Assembly: GCA_963813625.1 (NCBI GenBank)
Contig: CAWFAC010000014.1
Span: 5,187-69,186, forward strand
Reading direction: 5' to 3'
Source: an uncultured Solirubrobacteraceae bacterium
GTDB lineage: Bacteria > Actinomycetota > Thermoleophilia > Solirubrobacterales > Solirubrobacteraceae
Length of the DNA: 64,000 bases
Shown here piece by piece: positions 34,370 to 44,908 of the stretch (the first letter of the stretch is position 1; each line of letters begins with the position of its first letter). The position numbers were made by a program, and so were the translations under genes. The notes under the pieces were generated by a model that ran no database searches, was not told the origin of the DNA, and worked only from the letters and a program-made list of their open reading frames with translations.

Positions 34370-35226
34370 AGCTCGAGCAGACGCGCAAGCGCCCGGAAGT
34401 CCTCCGGGCCGAGGCGCTCGGCGCGTGCGTCCGGCGGGTGGCCGAGCGCCACCAGCGCCGCTCGTACCTGCTCGCGCGAGCGTCCGGGTGCGACCCCGGC
34501 CAGCCTGAGCGAGCCGGCGAGGGTCTTGCGCCGGTGCGCAAACGCGCCAGCCACAAGCGCGCGCAGCGCAGCGGTCGCAGCAGCAGGCTCGGCGCTCGCA
34601 CGCTGGCAGCGCCGGCGCATCCCCACGAGCACGGAATCGACGCTCGGCACGGGATGGAACACGGTACGCGGGATCGCCCGCAGCACTTCCACCTCGCACG
34701 CCAGCTGCGCGAGCACCGAAGGGGCGCCGTACGTCCCGCTTCCCGGTCCGGCCGCGAGCCGCTCGCCGACCTCTCGCTGCACCATCGCCACCCATCGACG
34801 CACCGTCGGCAGCTCCTCGATCGTCCGAAGCAGCACGCTGGCCGCCACGCCGTAGGGCAGATTGGCGACGACCTTGTCGGGCCGCGGGTCCAGCGCGGCC
34901 AGGTCGATGGCCATCGCGTCCGCCCAATGCACTGTCACGTTCGGGTGCGGGTCTGTCGCGTCCGAGAGCGCCTCTCGCAGACGTTCGTCGATCTCCACGA
35001 CGTGCACGTGCCCAGCGCGCTGCGCGAGGTACTCGGACAGCACTCCGAGGCCACCTCCCACCTCGAGCACAACGTCGCGCGGCGCGAGCTCGGCCGCGCC
35101 ACCGATAACCCCGAGGATGTTGGAGTCGATCAGGAAGTTCTGGCCGAGGTCGCGGTCCGGACGGACGCCGAATCGACGCATCCGCCGCAAGCTGGGCTGA
35201 ACCGGCCCTTCAGCCACGGCGCTCAT
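34366..35226 (-). CDS. rsmA: 16S rRNA m6,2A1518/1519 dimethyltransferase
   Basis: LGQNFLID, LEVGGGLG, VANLPY, FHPVPSVDS. Confidence 0.95.
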   Translation of the reverse strand: MSAVAEGPVQPSLRRMRRFGVRPDRDLGQNFLIDSNILGVIGGAAELAPRDVVLEVGGGLGVLSEYLAQRAGHVHVVEIDERLREALSDATDPHPNVTVHWADAMAIDLAALDPRPDKVVANLPYGVAASVLLRTIEELPTVRRWVAMVQREVGERLAAGPGSGTYGAPSVLAQLACEVEVLRAIPRTVFHPVPSVDSVLVGMRRRCQRASAEPAAATAALRALVAGAFAHRRKTLAGSLRLAGVAPGRSREQVRAALVALGHPPDARAERLGPEDFRALARLLEL

Positions 35227-35971
35227 CCCCACGCGAACACGCGCGCAGCGTTGCGCTGCACGGTTGCGCCCAGCTCCTGGACGCTCACACCGCGCTGCTC
35301 GGCGAGGAAGGCCGCGGTGTGCACGACGAACGCGGGTTGGTTGCGCTGCTTGCGGACCGCCTGTGGACTGAGATAAGGGGCGTCCGTCTCCACCAGCAGA
35401 CGCTCCTCGGGAACCCGCCGCGCCGCAGCGGCCAGGTCGGCTGCGCTCGGGTAGGTGACGTTGCCTGCGAAGGAGATCGCGTAGCCGCGCCGCAGGCACT
35501 CCTCCAACCGCTCGGGCATCGAGAAGCAGTGCATCACCACGCTCACCCCGTCGGCTTCCGCGGCGAGTTGCTCGAGCGTCCGCTCCGCCGCCGCGCGCGT
35601 GTGGATCACGAGCGGCTTACCCGTCTCGCGCGCCAGCTCGATCTGCGCCGCGAACGCACGCTCCTGGTCGGCGCGCGGAGCGCCGTCGCGATAGAAGTCC
35701 AGCCCTGTCTCGCCGATCGCAACACAGCACGCGTGCGCAGCCAGGGTGCGCAGCTCGGCCAGATCGGCGTCGTCGAAGCCCTCGGCCGCGTTCGGATGCC
35801 GGCCGATCGCCGCGTACACCTGGGGGAAGTCCTCGGCCGCCGCCAGCGCCGCGCGGCATGAGTCCCCTTCGATCCCAACCGTCAGCATGCGCGTCACCCC
35901 CGCGGCGTCCGCTGCCGCCACGAGCTCCGAGCTCGGGGGCTCGCACAGGTCCAGATGGGTGTGCGAGTCGA

Positions 35972-35975
<4 letters not shown>
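35223..35975 (-). CDS. tatD: TatD family hydrolase
   Basis: DSHTHLD, IGETGLD, VIHTR, HCFS, ETDAPY. Confidence 0.93.
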
Positions 35976-37492
<1,517 letters not shown>

Positions 37493-37504
37493 GCTCGGCG
37501 CAGG

Positions 37505-38338
37505 CTACTGTTCCCCGCGCGTGATCTCCCGGTAGAGCTCGTTGGCGCCAAGCCCTGTCAGCTTGGCCACCGCCGTGGCCGCCGGCCTCACCCTGGCGCC
37601 GGCGTCGATCAGATCACTCAGCGCCGCGAGCGCGTCCGTCAGTCGCGTATGGCCCGGCGGCGCGGCGCCGCACACGAGCACCACCTCGCCCCGAGCGGGA
37701 GCCTCGCGGTAGTGCGCCGCCAGCTCGGCTGCAGAGCCACGGCGGACCTCTTCGTGCAGCTTGGTCAGCTCCCGGCATACCGCCACCGGGCGCTGCGGAT
37801 CGTGTCCCGCGAGCAGCTCGAGCGTTGCGGCCAGGCGGCGGGGCGACTCGAACGCGACCAGCGTGTCCGTCCCGTCGCTCAGCAGCGCCAGCAGCTCGCG
37901 GCGGGCACGCGGCAGGAAGCCGACGAAGCGCCAGCGCTCGGCCGGCAGGCCGGAGGCGACGAGCGCGGTTAGCACGGCGCTCGGCCCCGGCAGCACCTCG
38001 ACCGCGAGCGCGGCGATCAGGCAGCCGCGCACGAGCGCGAAGCCCGGGTCGGACACCAGCGGCGTGCCGGCGTCCGACACGAGCGCAACCACCGCGCCCG
38101 CGCGGATGCGCTCCACCAGCTCGGCCGCGCGCGCGCGTTCGTTGTGCTCGTGCAAGCTGAGCATGCGGGCGGCGATCCCATGGCGATCCAGCAGCACCCT
38201 CGTGTGACGGGTGTCCTCGCAGGCCACGATGTCGGCGGCCTTCAGCGCCGCGAGCACGCGCAGCGTCACGTCCTCGAGGTTGCCGATCGGGGTCGGGCAC
38301 ACGACGAGCCGCCCGACCGGCGCCTCCGTGGGAGTCAT
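37505..38338 (-). CDS. rsmI: 16S rRNA C1402 2'-O-methyltransferase
   Basis: TPIGNLEDVT, CEDTR, VSDAGTPLVSDPG, FESPRR, RELTKLHEE. Confidence 0.95.
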   Translation of the reverse strand: MTPTEAPVGRLVVCPTPIGNLEDVTLRVLAALKAADIVACEDTRHTRVLLDRHGIAARMLSLHEHNERARAAELVERIRAGAVVALVSDAGTPLVSDPGFALVRGCLIAALAVEVLPGPSAVLTALVASGLPAERWRFVGFLPRARRELLALLSDGTDTLVAFESPRRLAATLELLAGHDPQRPVAVCRELTKLHEEVRRGSAAELAAHYREAPARGEVVLVCGAAPPGHTRLTDALAALSDLIDAGARVRPAATAVAKLTGLGANELYREITRGEQ

Positions 38339-38361
38339 CTCGCAAATATAGGGTCCTGTCG
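38339..38361. promoter_or_regulatory. Overlapping divergent -10 elements for rsmI and the LCP gene
   Basis: TATATT (minus, 38350-38345) is 6 nt from the rsmI ATG. TAGGGT (plus, 38349-38354) is 7 nt from the LCP ATG. Confidence 0.65.
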
Positions 38362-39474
38362 ATGAGCAACAACCGAGATCAGCCGCCGCAGTACACGCGC
38401 TACCGCGCCCGCCCGCGGCTGCCGCGCCGCCAGGACGATGGCCTGGGGCAGGTGCAGAGCTCGCCCGGGCAACTAGCTCACGCACGCCGAGCGGGACGTC
38501 GCGGCGAGGGGCTCCACGGCGGCGGCTGGCGCCGCTGGGCCACTCCCAAGCGCATCCTGCTCGGCCTGCTCGCCCTCGTCCTCGGCTGGATCGCGCTGTC
38601 GCTCGTCGTGTTCCTCCTCAGCTCGCACTTCGAGCGCACGCCGCTGCCCGCGGACGTCGCGAGCGTGCTCGATCCGGCCGGCTATCCGCTCAGCTCGGTC
38701 AACAACATCCTCGTGCTGGGCTCAGACCGCCGCCAGAAAGACAGCAAGGAACCCGGGGCCGAAACCACCGGCTTCGGACGCTCGGACACGATCATGCTGA
38801 TCCGCACCGGCGCCGGACACGCCGCGCGCCTGTCGATCCCGCGTGACACCGTTGTCGAGATCCCCGGACACGGCCTGCAGAAGATCAACGCCGCGCACGA
38901 GTTCGGCGGACCGGCCCTGTCGGTGTCGGTCATCAAGCACTGGCTCAACGTCCCCATCAACCACGTGGTGGAAGTCAGCTTCGAAAACTTCCCGCAGCTG
39001 ATCGAAGCGATGGGCGGCGTCACATACACCGGCCCCTGCATCATCTCCAAGCTCGACGGCGGCTTCAGCAGGGGCGGCTACACGCTACGGCTGAGCGCCG
39101 GCAGCCACCACCTCAACGGCAAGCAGGCGCTGGCGCTGGCGCGCACGCGCGAGAACCTGTGTGCGCCCAGCGAGACCGACATCCAGCGCGAGGAACACCA
39201 GCAGGCGTTGTTCACCGACATGAAGCGGCAGCTGCTGTCGCCGACCAGCTTCTTCCGCCTGCCGTGGATTGCCTGGAACGCCCCACCGGCGATCATCTCA
39301 GACATGAGCGGTGCGTCGCTGCTCGGGATGTTCGCCGCGCTGGCCGTCACGGGAACGCCGCCGACCCGCGTGCTCAAGCCAACGGGACAGACCACCCTGC
39401 CCACCGGTGAAGAAGGGTTGACGATCTCAGAAGAAGCACGCCGGGCGGACGTCGCCCAGTTCATGAGCGGCTGA
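38362..39474 (+). CDS. LCP (LytR-CpsA-Psr) family glycopolymer transferase
   Basis: TM helix, ILVLGSD, RSDTIML, SIPRDT, KINAA, ALALARTR. Confidence 0.93.
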   Translation: MSNNRDQPPQYTRYRARPRLPRRQDDGLGQVQSSPGQLAHARRAGRRGEGLHGGGWRRWATPKRILLGLLALVLGWIALSLVVFLLSSHFERTPLPADVASVLDPAGYPLSSVNNILVLGSDRRQKDSKEPGAETTGFGRSDTIMLIRTGAGHAARLSIPRDTVVEIPGHGLQKINAAHEFGGPALSVSVIKHWLNVPINHVVEVSFENFPQLIEAMGGVTYTGPCIISKLDGGFSRGGYTLRLSAGSHHLNGKQALALARTRENLCAPSETDIQREEHQQALFTDMKRQLLSPTSFFRLPWIAWNAPPAIISDMSGASLLGMFAALAVTGTPPTRVLKPTGQTTLPTGEEGLTISEEARRADVAQFMSG

Positions 39475-39518
39475 GGGTCAGCCCTTCGCAGCGACCGGTG
39501 CGGAGTCGGTTGACGAGG

Positions 39519-39926
39519 TCAGCTCTTGGCTGCGACCGGTGCGGAGCCTGATGACTTTGCCGCGCCCTTTTCGGCCTTGCCGTCAGAGGAGGAGGAGGAG
39601 GAGGAGGAGGAGTCCCCGGATGAGGACTTCTCGGCAGAGGACTTCTCGGCAGAGGACTTCTCGGCAGAGGACTTCTCCGAAGAGGACTTCTCCGCAGAGG
39701 ACTTCTCTGCGGAGGACTTCTCCGCGGCCGCGGTCTCGCGCTGTCGATTGCGCGTGCCGTAGTCGGTGTTGTAGAAACCTTTCCCCTTGAAGTGAACGGC
39801 TGGTGGATGCAGCACGCGCTCGACGGGCACGCCAGTGTCAGGATCGACCGCGAGCGGATCTTCGCTGAAGGACTGCTGGAGCTCGAACGTGGTGCCGTCC
39901 GGGCGTCTGTACTCGTAGATCGGCAT
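39519..39926 (-). CDS. FmdB-like protein lacking Zn-ribbon cysteines, with repetitive Ser/Lys tail
   Basis: MPIYEY...FELQQSFSEDPL...FKGKGFYNTDY. TATAAT lies 8 nt before the ATG. Confidence 0.88.
   Translation of the reverse strand: MPIYEYRRPDGTTFELQQSFSEDPLAVDPDTGVPVERVLHPPAVHFKGKGFYNTDYGTRNRQRETAAAEKSSAEKSSAEKSSSEKSSAEKSSAEKSSAEKSSSGDSSSSSSSSSDGKAEKGAAKSSGSAPVAAKS
39622..39726 (-). repeat. 7 x 15-bp coding tandem repeat (AEKSS)
   Basis: GAGGACTTCTCGGCA-type units on the plus strand. (GAG)9 Ser run at 39586-39612. Confidence 0.9.
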
Positions 39927-39979
39927 GACAGCCGATTATAGGTGCGTCGATCGACCGACCGTTCGGCGCGTGAGAACTC

Positions 39980-40651
39980 CTAGTCAGTCAGCAGCGTGCG
40001 AGCGCAGGCGATACCGGCGTGGATCGTGGAGGTGAAGTTCCGGTCGGGCTCTGTCAGCATGCGCAGCGCAAGACCGTCTCCGAGAGAGAACAGCACCTCG
40101 GCTACGGCCTCGGGCTCGGCGTGAAGCCGCAGCACGCCGTCGCGCTGCGCGGCGGCGAGCATCGCTGCCACCTGTTCGCGCGTCCGGCGAATAAGCCCGG
40201 CGTACTCGATCGCGATGTCGGCGTTACGACGCGACAGCGTGAACAGCTCGAAGGCGAGCGTGACGAAGTCCGGATCTTCGCTGATGGTCTCCTGCAGGTG
40301 CTGCGCCATCAGGTCGATGTAGTCATCGGCGGTCTTGGCCGTTGAGAGCTGGTGCTGGAGTCTCTCCAGGCGCAGCTCGCAGTCGCGCCTGACCGCCTCG
40401 ACGAGCAGTTGCTCCTTGGTGCCGAAGTAGTAGTGCAACAGGCCCCTGGAGACACCGGCCTCGCGCGAGACGTGGTCGAAGGTCGAACCGGCGGTGCCTC
40501 GCTGTGCGACGCTGCGCCGCATCGCGTCGATGATCCGCTGCGCCTTCTCGCCGGACAGCGACCGCGCGCTCCCGTTCGCGGGGTGCCCGCCGGGACCCGG
40601 GTCCTCAACAAGGGCCCGGGCCTCCACGACGGCGGCGTCCACGGCGCTCAT
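39980..40651 (-). CDS. TetR/AcrR family regulator
   Basis: AQRIIDAMRRSVAQRG...REAGVSRGLLHYYFGTKEQLL. Alternative start GTG 40690. Confidence 0.92.
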   Translation of the reverse strand: MSAVDAAVVEARALVEDPGPGGHPANGSARSLSGEKAQRIIDAMRRSVAQRGTAGSTFDHVSREAGVSRGLLHYYFGTKEQLLVEAVRRDCELRLERLQHQLSTAKTADDYIDLMAQHLQETISEDPDFVTLAFELFTLSRRNADIAIEYAGLIRRTREQVAAMLAAAQRDGVLRLHAEPEAVAEVLFSLGDGLALRMLTEPDRNFTSTIHAGIACARTLLTD

Positions 40652-40673
40652 CGTCTCCGACGAGGCGCCGGGC

Positions 40674-41132
40674 TCAGCTGCTGGCGACACCCGCCGGGGC
40701 GGGCGTCTCCGGCGCGGTCGTCAGGTTGTAGTCGAACTCCTCCTCGGCTCCGAACATGAGGTCGAGCACCTTCGAGCGCAGACCCTCGCTGAGGGCGATC
40801 GCGAGCACAGAGCCGACCGTGAGCAACAGCATCGTGCGGCCGAGGCCGCGGCGACGACGTTTGCGCTTGGGGGGCTCCCGCAGCGAGCTCGTCGCCTTGC
40901 GCAGCGCGTTGGCCGCGTCCTTGAGCTCCCGCTGGAGCTTGCGATCCTCGAACAGCGCCTGGGTGGCGGGCTTGCCGTTGCTCATGCGCCCGTACGCGCT
41001 GCGCGCGGCAATGTACGCCGAGAGCAGGTTGGAGCGCAGCTCCTCGTCCTCGACGAGACGCTGGAGGTACGGGTTTCGCTGCGCCGCGCGCGCAGCATCT
41101 CCAGCCTTACCGAATCTGTCCTTCGCTGCCAT
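40674..41132 (-). CDS. Hypothetical protein with one TM helix
   Basis: MAAKDRFGKAG...NPYLQRLVEDEELR, basic KRKRRRR followed by a TM segment. Confidence 0.75.
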   Translation of the reverse strand: MAAKDRFGKAGDAARAAQRNPYLQRLVEDEELRSNLLSAYIAARSAYGRMSNGKPATQALFEDRKLQRELKDAANALRKATSSLREPPKRKRRRRGLGRTMLLLTVGSVLAIALSEGLRSKVLDLMFGAEEEFDYNLTTAPETPAPAGVASS

Positions 41133-41184
41133 CGTTGCCACCGCCTCTGCCGAAAGCTTGCAGGTCTGGCACCAATATACCCCT

Positions 41185-41430
41185 CTAGGCGTGCAGGGCG
41201 GCCTGCTCCTGGGCGGACGGAAACGCCCACGCTGCTCGCGTTCGGCGCTCCTGGCGGAACACGAAGCGCAGCTGCTGCGGCGGTTTGAGCTGGGCGTCGT
41301 TGGGCCGGAAGGTGGCGCACGGCTCGGACAGCTCGAGCGCACACAGGAGGTTGACCCGGAAGAAGCACTCGTCACAGCTCACCTTGTGCGTCGCCCGCTT
41401 GGGCGCTCGACCAGTCTTTACTCCCGGCAC
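41185..41430 (-). CDS. Small Cys-rich hypothetical protein
   Basis: VSCDECFFRVNLLCALELSEPCATFRP...QLRFVF. Start GTG 41430 is uncertain. Confidence 0.65.
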   Translation of the reverse strand: MPGVKTGRAPKRATHKVSCDECFFRVNLLCALELSEPCATFRPNDAQLKPPQQLRFVFRQERRTRAAWAFPSAQEQAALHA

Positions 41431-41661
41431 CAGAACGTACCCCCCGGCTGCGAGTCGGATTGAATGGGACAGCGCGATCAAAGCACCATTCGCCGGGCCG
41501 CTCAAGGGACGGGAACGCGCGTCTCCGCAAATCGCAGAGAAATCCCTTGTACCCGGAAATAGCCTGCAACCAGTCACTTTCCTGTGACGATCGCGCGGAT
41601 CCGCCCGCATTTTCCGAGCGTTGCGCACGAGAACGTGGAGTCGGCGTCATCATGTGCTCAC

Positions 41662-42660
41662 ATGCGCATCCTCGTCACCGGCGCGAGCGGCTTCGTTGGC
41701 TCACTGCTCGTTCCCAGGCTGTGCGCCGACGGGCACACCGTGCGGGCGCTCGGTCGGGACCGGGAGCGCGTGAGGCTGGCGCTCGCACGTACCCGCCCTG
41801 GGCTGCAGGCAGCCGGCGTGGAGCCAGCCGACGCGGAGGTGGTGCGCGGCGACGTGCTCTCGGGGGACGGGCTCGCACGCGCTCTCGACGGGGTAGAGAT
41901 CGCGTATTACCTGATCCATTCGATGGAGCGCCCTCCCGCGGACGGCTCACCGTTCGCGGAGCGCGATCGCATCGCCGCTGAGAACTTCGCCGCGGCGGCG
42001 GCCGGCGCCGGCGTGCGCCGGACCGTGTACCTCGGCGGCCTGGTGCCGCGTTGGAGCGCGCACGCGTCCAACGGGGCAGCGGCACGCTCGCGGTTCTCGC
42101 GCCACCTGGCCAGTCGCGAGCAGGTCGAGCGCGTCCTGCTGGAGGCTGTCGCCGACTCGCTGGCACTGCGAGCGTCGATCGTCATCGGCGCGCGCTCGCG
42201 CTCCTTCCGCGTGCTCGTCCGCCTCGTCGAGCGGATGCCGGTGCTGACGCTGCCGGCGTGGTGTTCGTTCCGCACCCGGCCGATCGACGCCCGGGACGTC
42301 ACCGAGATGCTCGCCGCGTGCGCCACCACGCAGGTGTCTGGCCGCTCGCTTGACATCGGCGGCCCCGACGTGCTCACGTACGGCGCGATGCTGACAGGCA
42401 TCGCTGAGCTGATGCTCGTGAATCGCCCGACGGTCAGGTTGGGGGTGAATCGGACCGGCATCGCGGCACGCTTGACGGCGGCGATCGCTGGCGAGGACCC
42501 AGCGCTGGTCGTGCCGTTGATGGAGGGACTGCAGGGCGATCTGCTGCCCGCAGATGATCACGCGGCGGAGCTGCTGGGCGTTCGGCTGCACTCGTTCGAC
42601 TCGGCCGTGGAACACGCTCTGGCCGAGTGGGAGGAGTCCGAGTCGCTGGCTGCCAGATGA
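41662..42660 (+). CDS. NAD(P)-binding atypical SDR (YbjT-like)
   Basis: MRILVTGASGFVG, YYLIHSM, YLGGL, RASIVIG. Confidence 0.88.
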   Translation: MRILVTGASGFVGSLLVPRLCADGHTVRALGRDRERVRLALARTRPGLQAAGVEPADAEVVRGDVLSGDGLARALDGVEIAYYLIHSMERPPADGSPFAERDRIAAENFAAAAAGAGVRRTVYLGGLVPRWSAHASNGAAARSRFSRHLASREQVERVLLEAVADSLALRASIVIGARSRSFRVLVRLVERMPVLTLPAWCSFRTRPIDARDVTEMLAACATTQVSGRSLDIGGPDVLTYGAMLTGIAELMLVNRPTVRLGVNRTGIAARLTAAIAGEDPALVVPLMEGLQGDLLPADDHAAELLGVRLHSFDSAVEHALAEWEESESLAAR

Positions 42661-43118
42661 GCCTCGTCACAGCCTCGATCCGTATCGCAGCGCCACCGGC
42701 TGATGTGTGGGAGGTGGTCATGGATCCAGGCTGTCTGGGTGAGTGGGTCACGATTCACCGCAAGCTCGTGCGCGCCGACGATGGTCCTCCACGCGTTGGA
42801 TACACGATGGACCAGCAAGTCCACATGCGCGGCGTGAGCTTGGAGGTTCACTGGAAGCTCGTCGACTGCCGCCCGGGCAAGCTGGCCGTATGGGAGGGTC
42901 GCGGCCCGGCGCGCTCGCGGGCGTACAGCGAATACGTCCTCAAAGCTGAGGATGGGGACACTCGGTTTGACTACCGCAACGACTTCCGCCCGCCGCTTGG
43001 ACCGGTGGGAGCGTTGGTCGGCCGCGCGCTCGTCGGCGGCATGCCGGAGCGCGAGGCAAGGCGCACACTCGAGCGTCTGCGCGCTCACCTGGAGGAAGGT
43101 GTCCGCCAAGAGAACTAG
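42657..43118 (+). CDS. SRPBCC/START-fold protein
   Basis: SIRIAAPPADVWEVVMDP...W. ATGA overlap with the upstream gene. Confidence 0.85.
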   Translation: MSLVTASIRIAAPPADVWEVVMDPGCLGEWVTIHRKLVRADDGPPRVGYTMDQQVHMRGVSLEVHWKLVDCRPGKLAVWEGRGPARSRAYSEYVLKAEDGDTRFDYRNDFRPPLGPVGALVGRALVGGMPEREARRTLERLRAHLEEGVRQEN

Positions 43119-43179
43119 TGTAAGGTGAGATCACAATCGATGTGACCAATGCATCAACACTAGTGAATAGGACTCGACC

Positions 43180-43638
43180 GTGACAGATTTCCTTGACGAG
43201 AAGCGCCGTGAGATCACCGACCGACTGAAGGAGCTCAAGCCGCTGGTGGATGAGTTCAGCCGACTCGAGGCTGCAGCATCGGCTCTGGCGGGTGTGATCG
43301 GATCGGCTGCGTCCGAGGCCGGCACAGCCGTCACCCGCCGCCGTGGACCCGGACGTCCGCGCGGCTCGAGCAGCCGCAAAAAAGCAACGGTGGCCGCACC
43401 AAAACCGGCGCGTAAACCCGGTCGCCCGCCGGCCAAAGGTCGCGCCGGGCGACGCAAAGGCAGCGGCACGCGCGCGGCCGAGGCGCGGTCGTTCGTGCAG
43501 GGACAGCCAGGCATCACCATCCCCGAGCTGGCGGCGAAGATGGGGATCAAGCAGAACTATCTCTACCGCGTGCTCCCGGGTCTGGCGCAGGAAGGGAAGG
43601 TAGAGAAGAAAGGCCGCGGCTGGTACCCCAAGGGCTAG
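43180..43638 (+). CDS. Putative DNA-binding protein: coiled coil, AT-hook-like motifs, winged helix
   Basis: EKRREITDRLKEL..., RRRGPGRPRG, KPGRPP, PGITIPELAAKMGIKQNYLYRVL...GKVEKKGRGW. Confidence 0.82.
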   Translation: MTDFLDEKRREITDRLKELKPLVDEFSRLEAAASALAGVIGSAASEAGTAVTRRRGPGRPRGSSSRKKATVAAPKPARKPGRPPAKGRAGRRKGSGTRAAEARSFVQGQPGITIPELAAKMGIKQNYLYRVLPGLAQEGKVEKKGRGWYPKG

Positions 43639-43760
43639 TCTCATCGTCCCTGGCGGCGTCCTCGGTCGCTCGCGTGCAAAGCACGCCACGCTCCCTGCGT
43701 CCTTGCCAGGAACGATGATCCGGCGGACTTCCACCGAATTCCGCCGGTGGTCGTGAGTTG

Positions 43761-43794
43761 AAAAAGGGGGCGCGATCGGGATGGTCGTGCCCCT
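43761..43794. terminator. Candidate bidirectional terminator between convergent genes
   Basis: AAAAA then GGGGCGCGATC / GGTCGTGCCCC stem with two G.U pairs on the plus strand. Confidence 0.5.
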
Positions 43795-43861
43795 AACTTC
43801 TCTGTAAGGGGATGCAACCCAGATTGCAGCGGGCTGGCCTCTTGGATCAGCGCGTTCGCTG

Positions 43862-44845
43862 CTAAATCATGCCCTGGCTGGCCACGGTGTCACGCTCGCT
43901 GACGAGCTCGGCGACGGAGGCGTCGATCTTCCGGCGGGAGAACTCGCCTATGTCGAGACCCTCGACGATCTTCCACTGCCCGTCCGCGCACGTGCACGGG
44001 AAGCCGCTGATGAGACCCTCGGGGACGCCGTATGAGCCGTCGGAGGGAACGCCCATGGATGCCCACGCTCCGCCTGTGCCGGCGATCCAGTCGCGTACGT
44101 GGTCGATCGCGGCGTTGGCAGCGGAGGCGGCGGAGGAGGCGCCCCGCGCCTCGATGATCTCGGCGCCGCGCTTGCCCACGTTGGGCAAGAAGTCATTCTC
44201 AATCCAGGCCTGATCGTCGACGACCCCCGCGGCCAGCTCACCCCGCACCTTGGCGTGGAAGAGGTCGGGGTACATGGTCGGCGAGTGGTTGCCCCACACG
44301 CCCATCTCCGAGATGTCGGTGACCGTAACGGCGAGCTTGGCGGCCAGCTGGGCGATGGCGCGGTTGTGATCGAGGCGCATCATCGACGTGAACCGCTCGC
44401 GCGGGATGTCGGGCGCGTTGTTCATCGCAATCAGGCAGTTCGTGTTAGCGGGGTTGCCCACCACGAGCACCTGCACGTCGGCGGCTGCGACGGCGTTGAG
44501 CGCCTTGCCCTGGACGGTGAATATCTGACCATTGGCCTCGAGCAGCTCTGCGCGCTCCATGCCCTTGGTGCGCGGGCGTGATCCGACCAGCAGCGCGACG
44601 TTGACCCCGTCAAAGGCGTCACCTGGGCGATCGTGCAGATCGAGCCCCGCGAGCAGCGGGAATGCGCAGTCGATGAGCTCCATGGCAACGCCCTCGAGCG
44701 CCCCCATCGCCGGCGGGATCTCGAGCAGGCGCAGGTCGACCGGCTGCCCTGGCCCGAGCAGCTGTCCGCTGGCGATGCGAAAGACGATGCTGTAGCCGAT
44801 TTGGCCGGCGGCGCCGGTGACGGTGACTCGTACGGGGTCGCTCAC
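43862..44845 (-). CDS. mdh: Malate dehydrogenase
   Basis: [42 protein letters not shown]. Confidence 0.97.
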   Translation of the reverse strand: MSDPVRVTVTGAAGQIGYSIVFRIASGQLLGPGQPVDLRLLEIPPAMGALEGVAMELIDCAFPLLAGLDLHDRPGDAFDGVNVALLVGSRPRTKGMERAELLEANGQIFTVQGKALNAVAAADVQVLVVGNPANTNCLIAMNNAPDIPRERFTSMMRLDHNRAIAQLAAKLAVTVTDISEMGVWGNHSPTMYPDLFHAKVRGELAAGVVDDQAWIENDFLPNVGKRGAEIIEARGASSAASAANAAIDHVRDWIAGTGGAWASMGVPSDGSYGVPEGLISGFPCTCADGQWKIVEGLDIGEFSRRKIDASVAELVSERDTVASQGMI

Positions 44846-44908
44846 AAGTTCATCTCCTGGTGGATGCTATGCGGATAAAGGATTTGGGTCGCTTGCCGAG
44901 CCCAAGCC

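Noticed and set aside
31954-35499. Over-long ORF-track starts for PucR (33351), ispE (34927) and rsmA (35499)
   Set aside because: They overlap neighbouring real genes. Conserved N-termini and 4-bp stop/start overlaps fix shorter starts.
37493-37510. T-box, SAM or lysine riboswitch before metG or lysC
   Set aside because: The intergenic gaps are only 12 and 10 nt, leaving no room for a leader.
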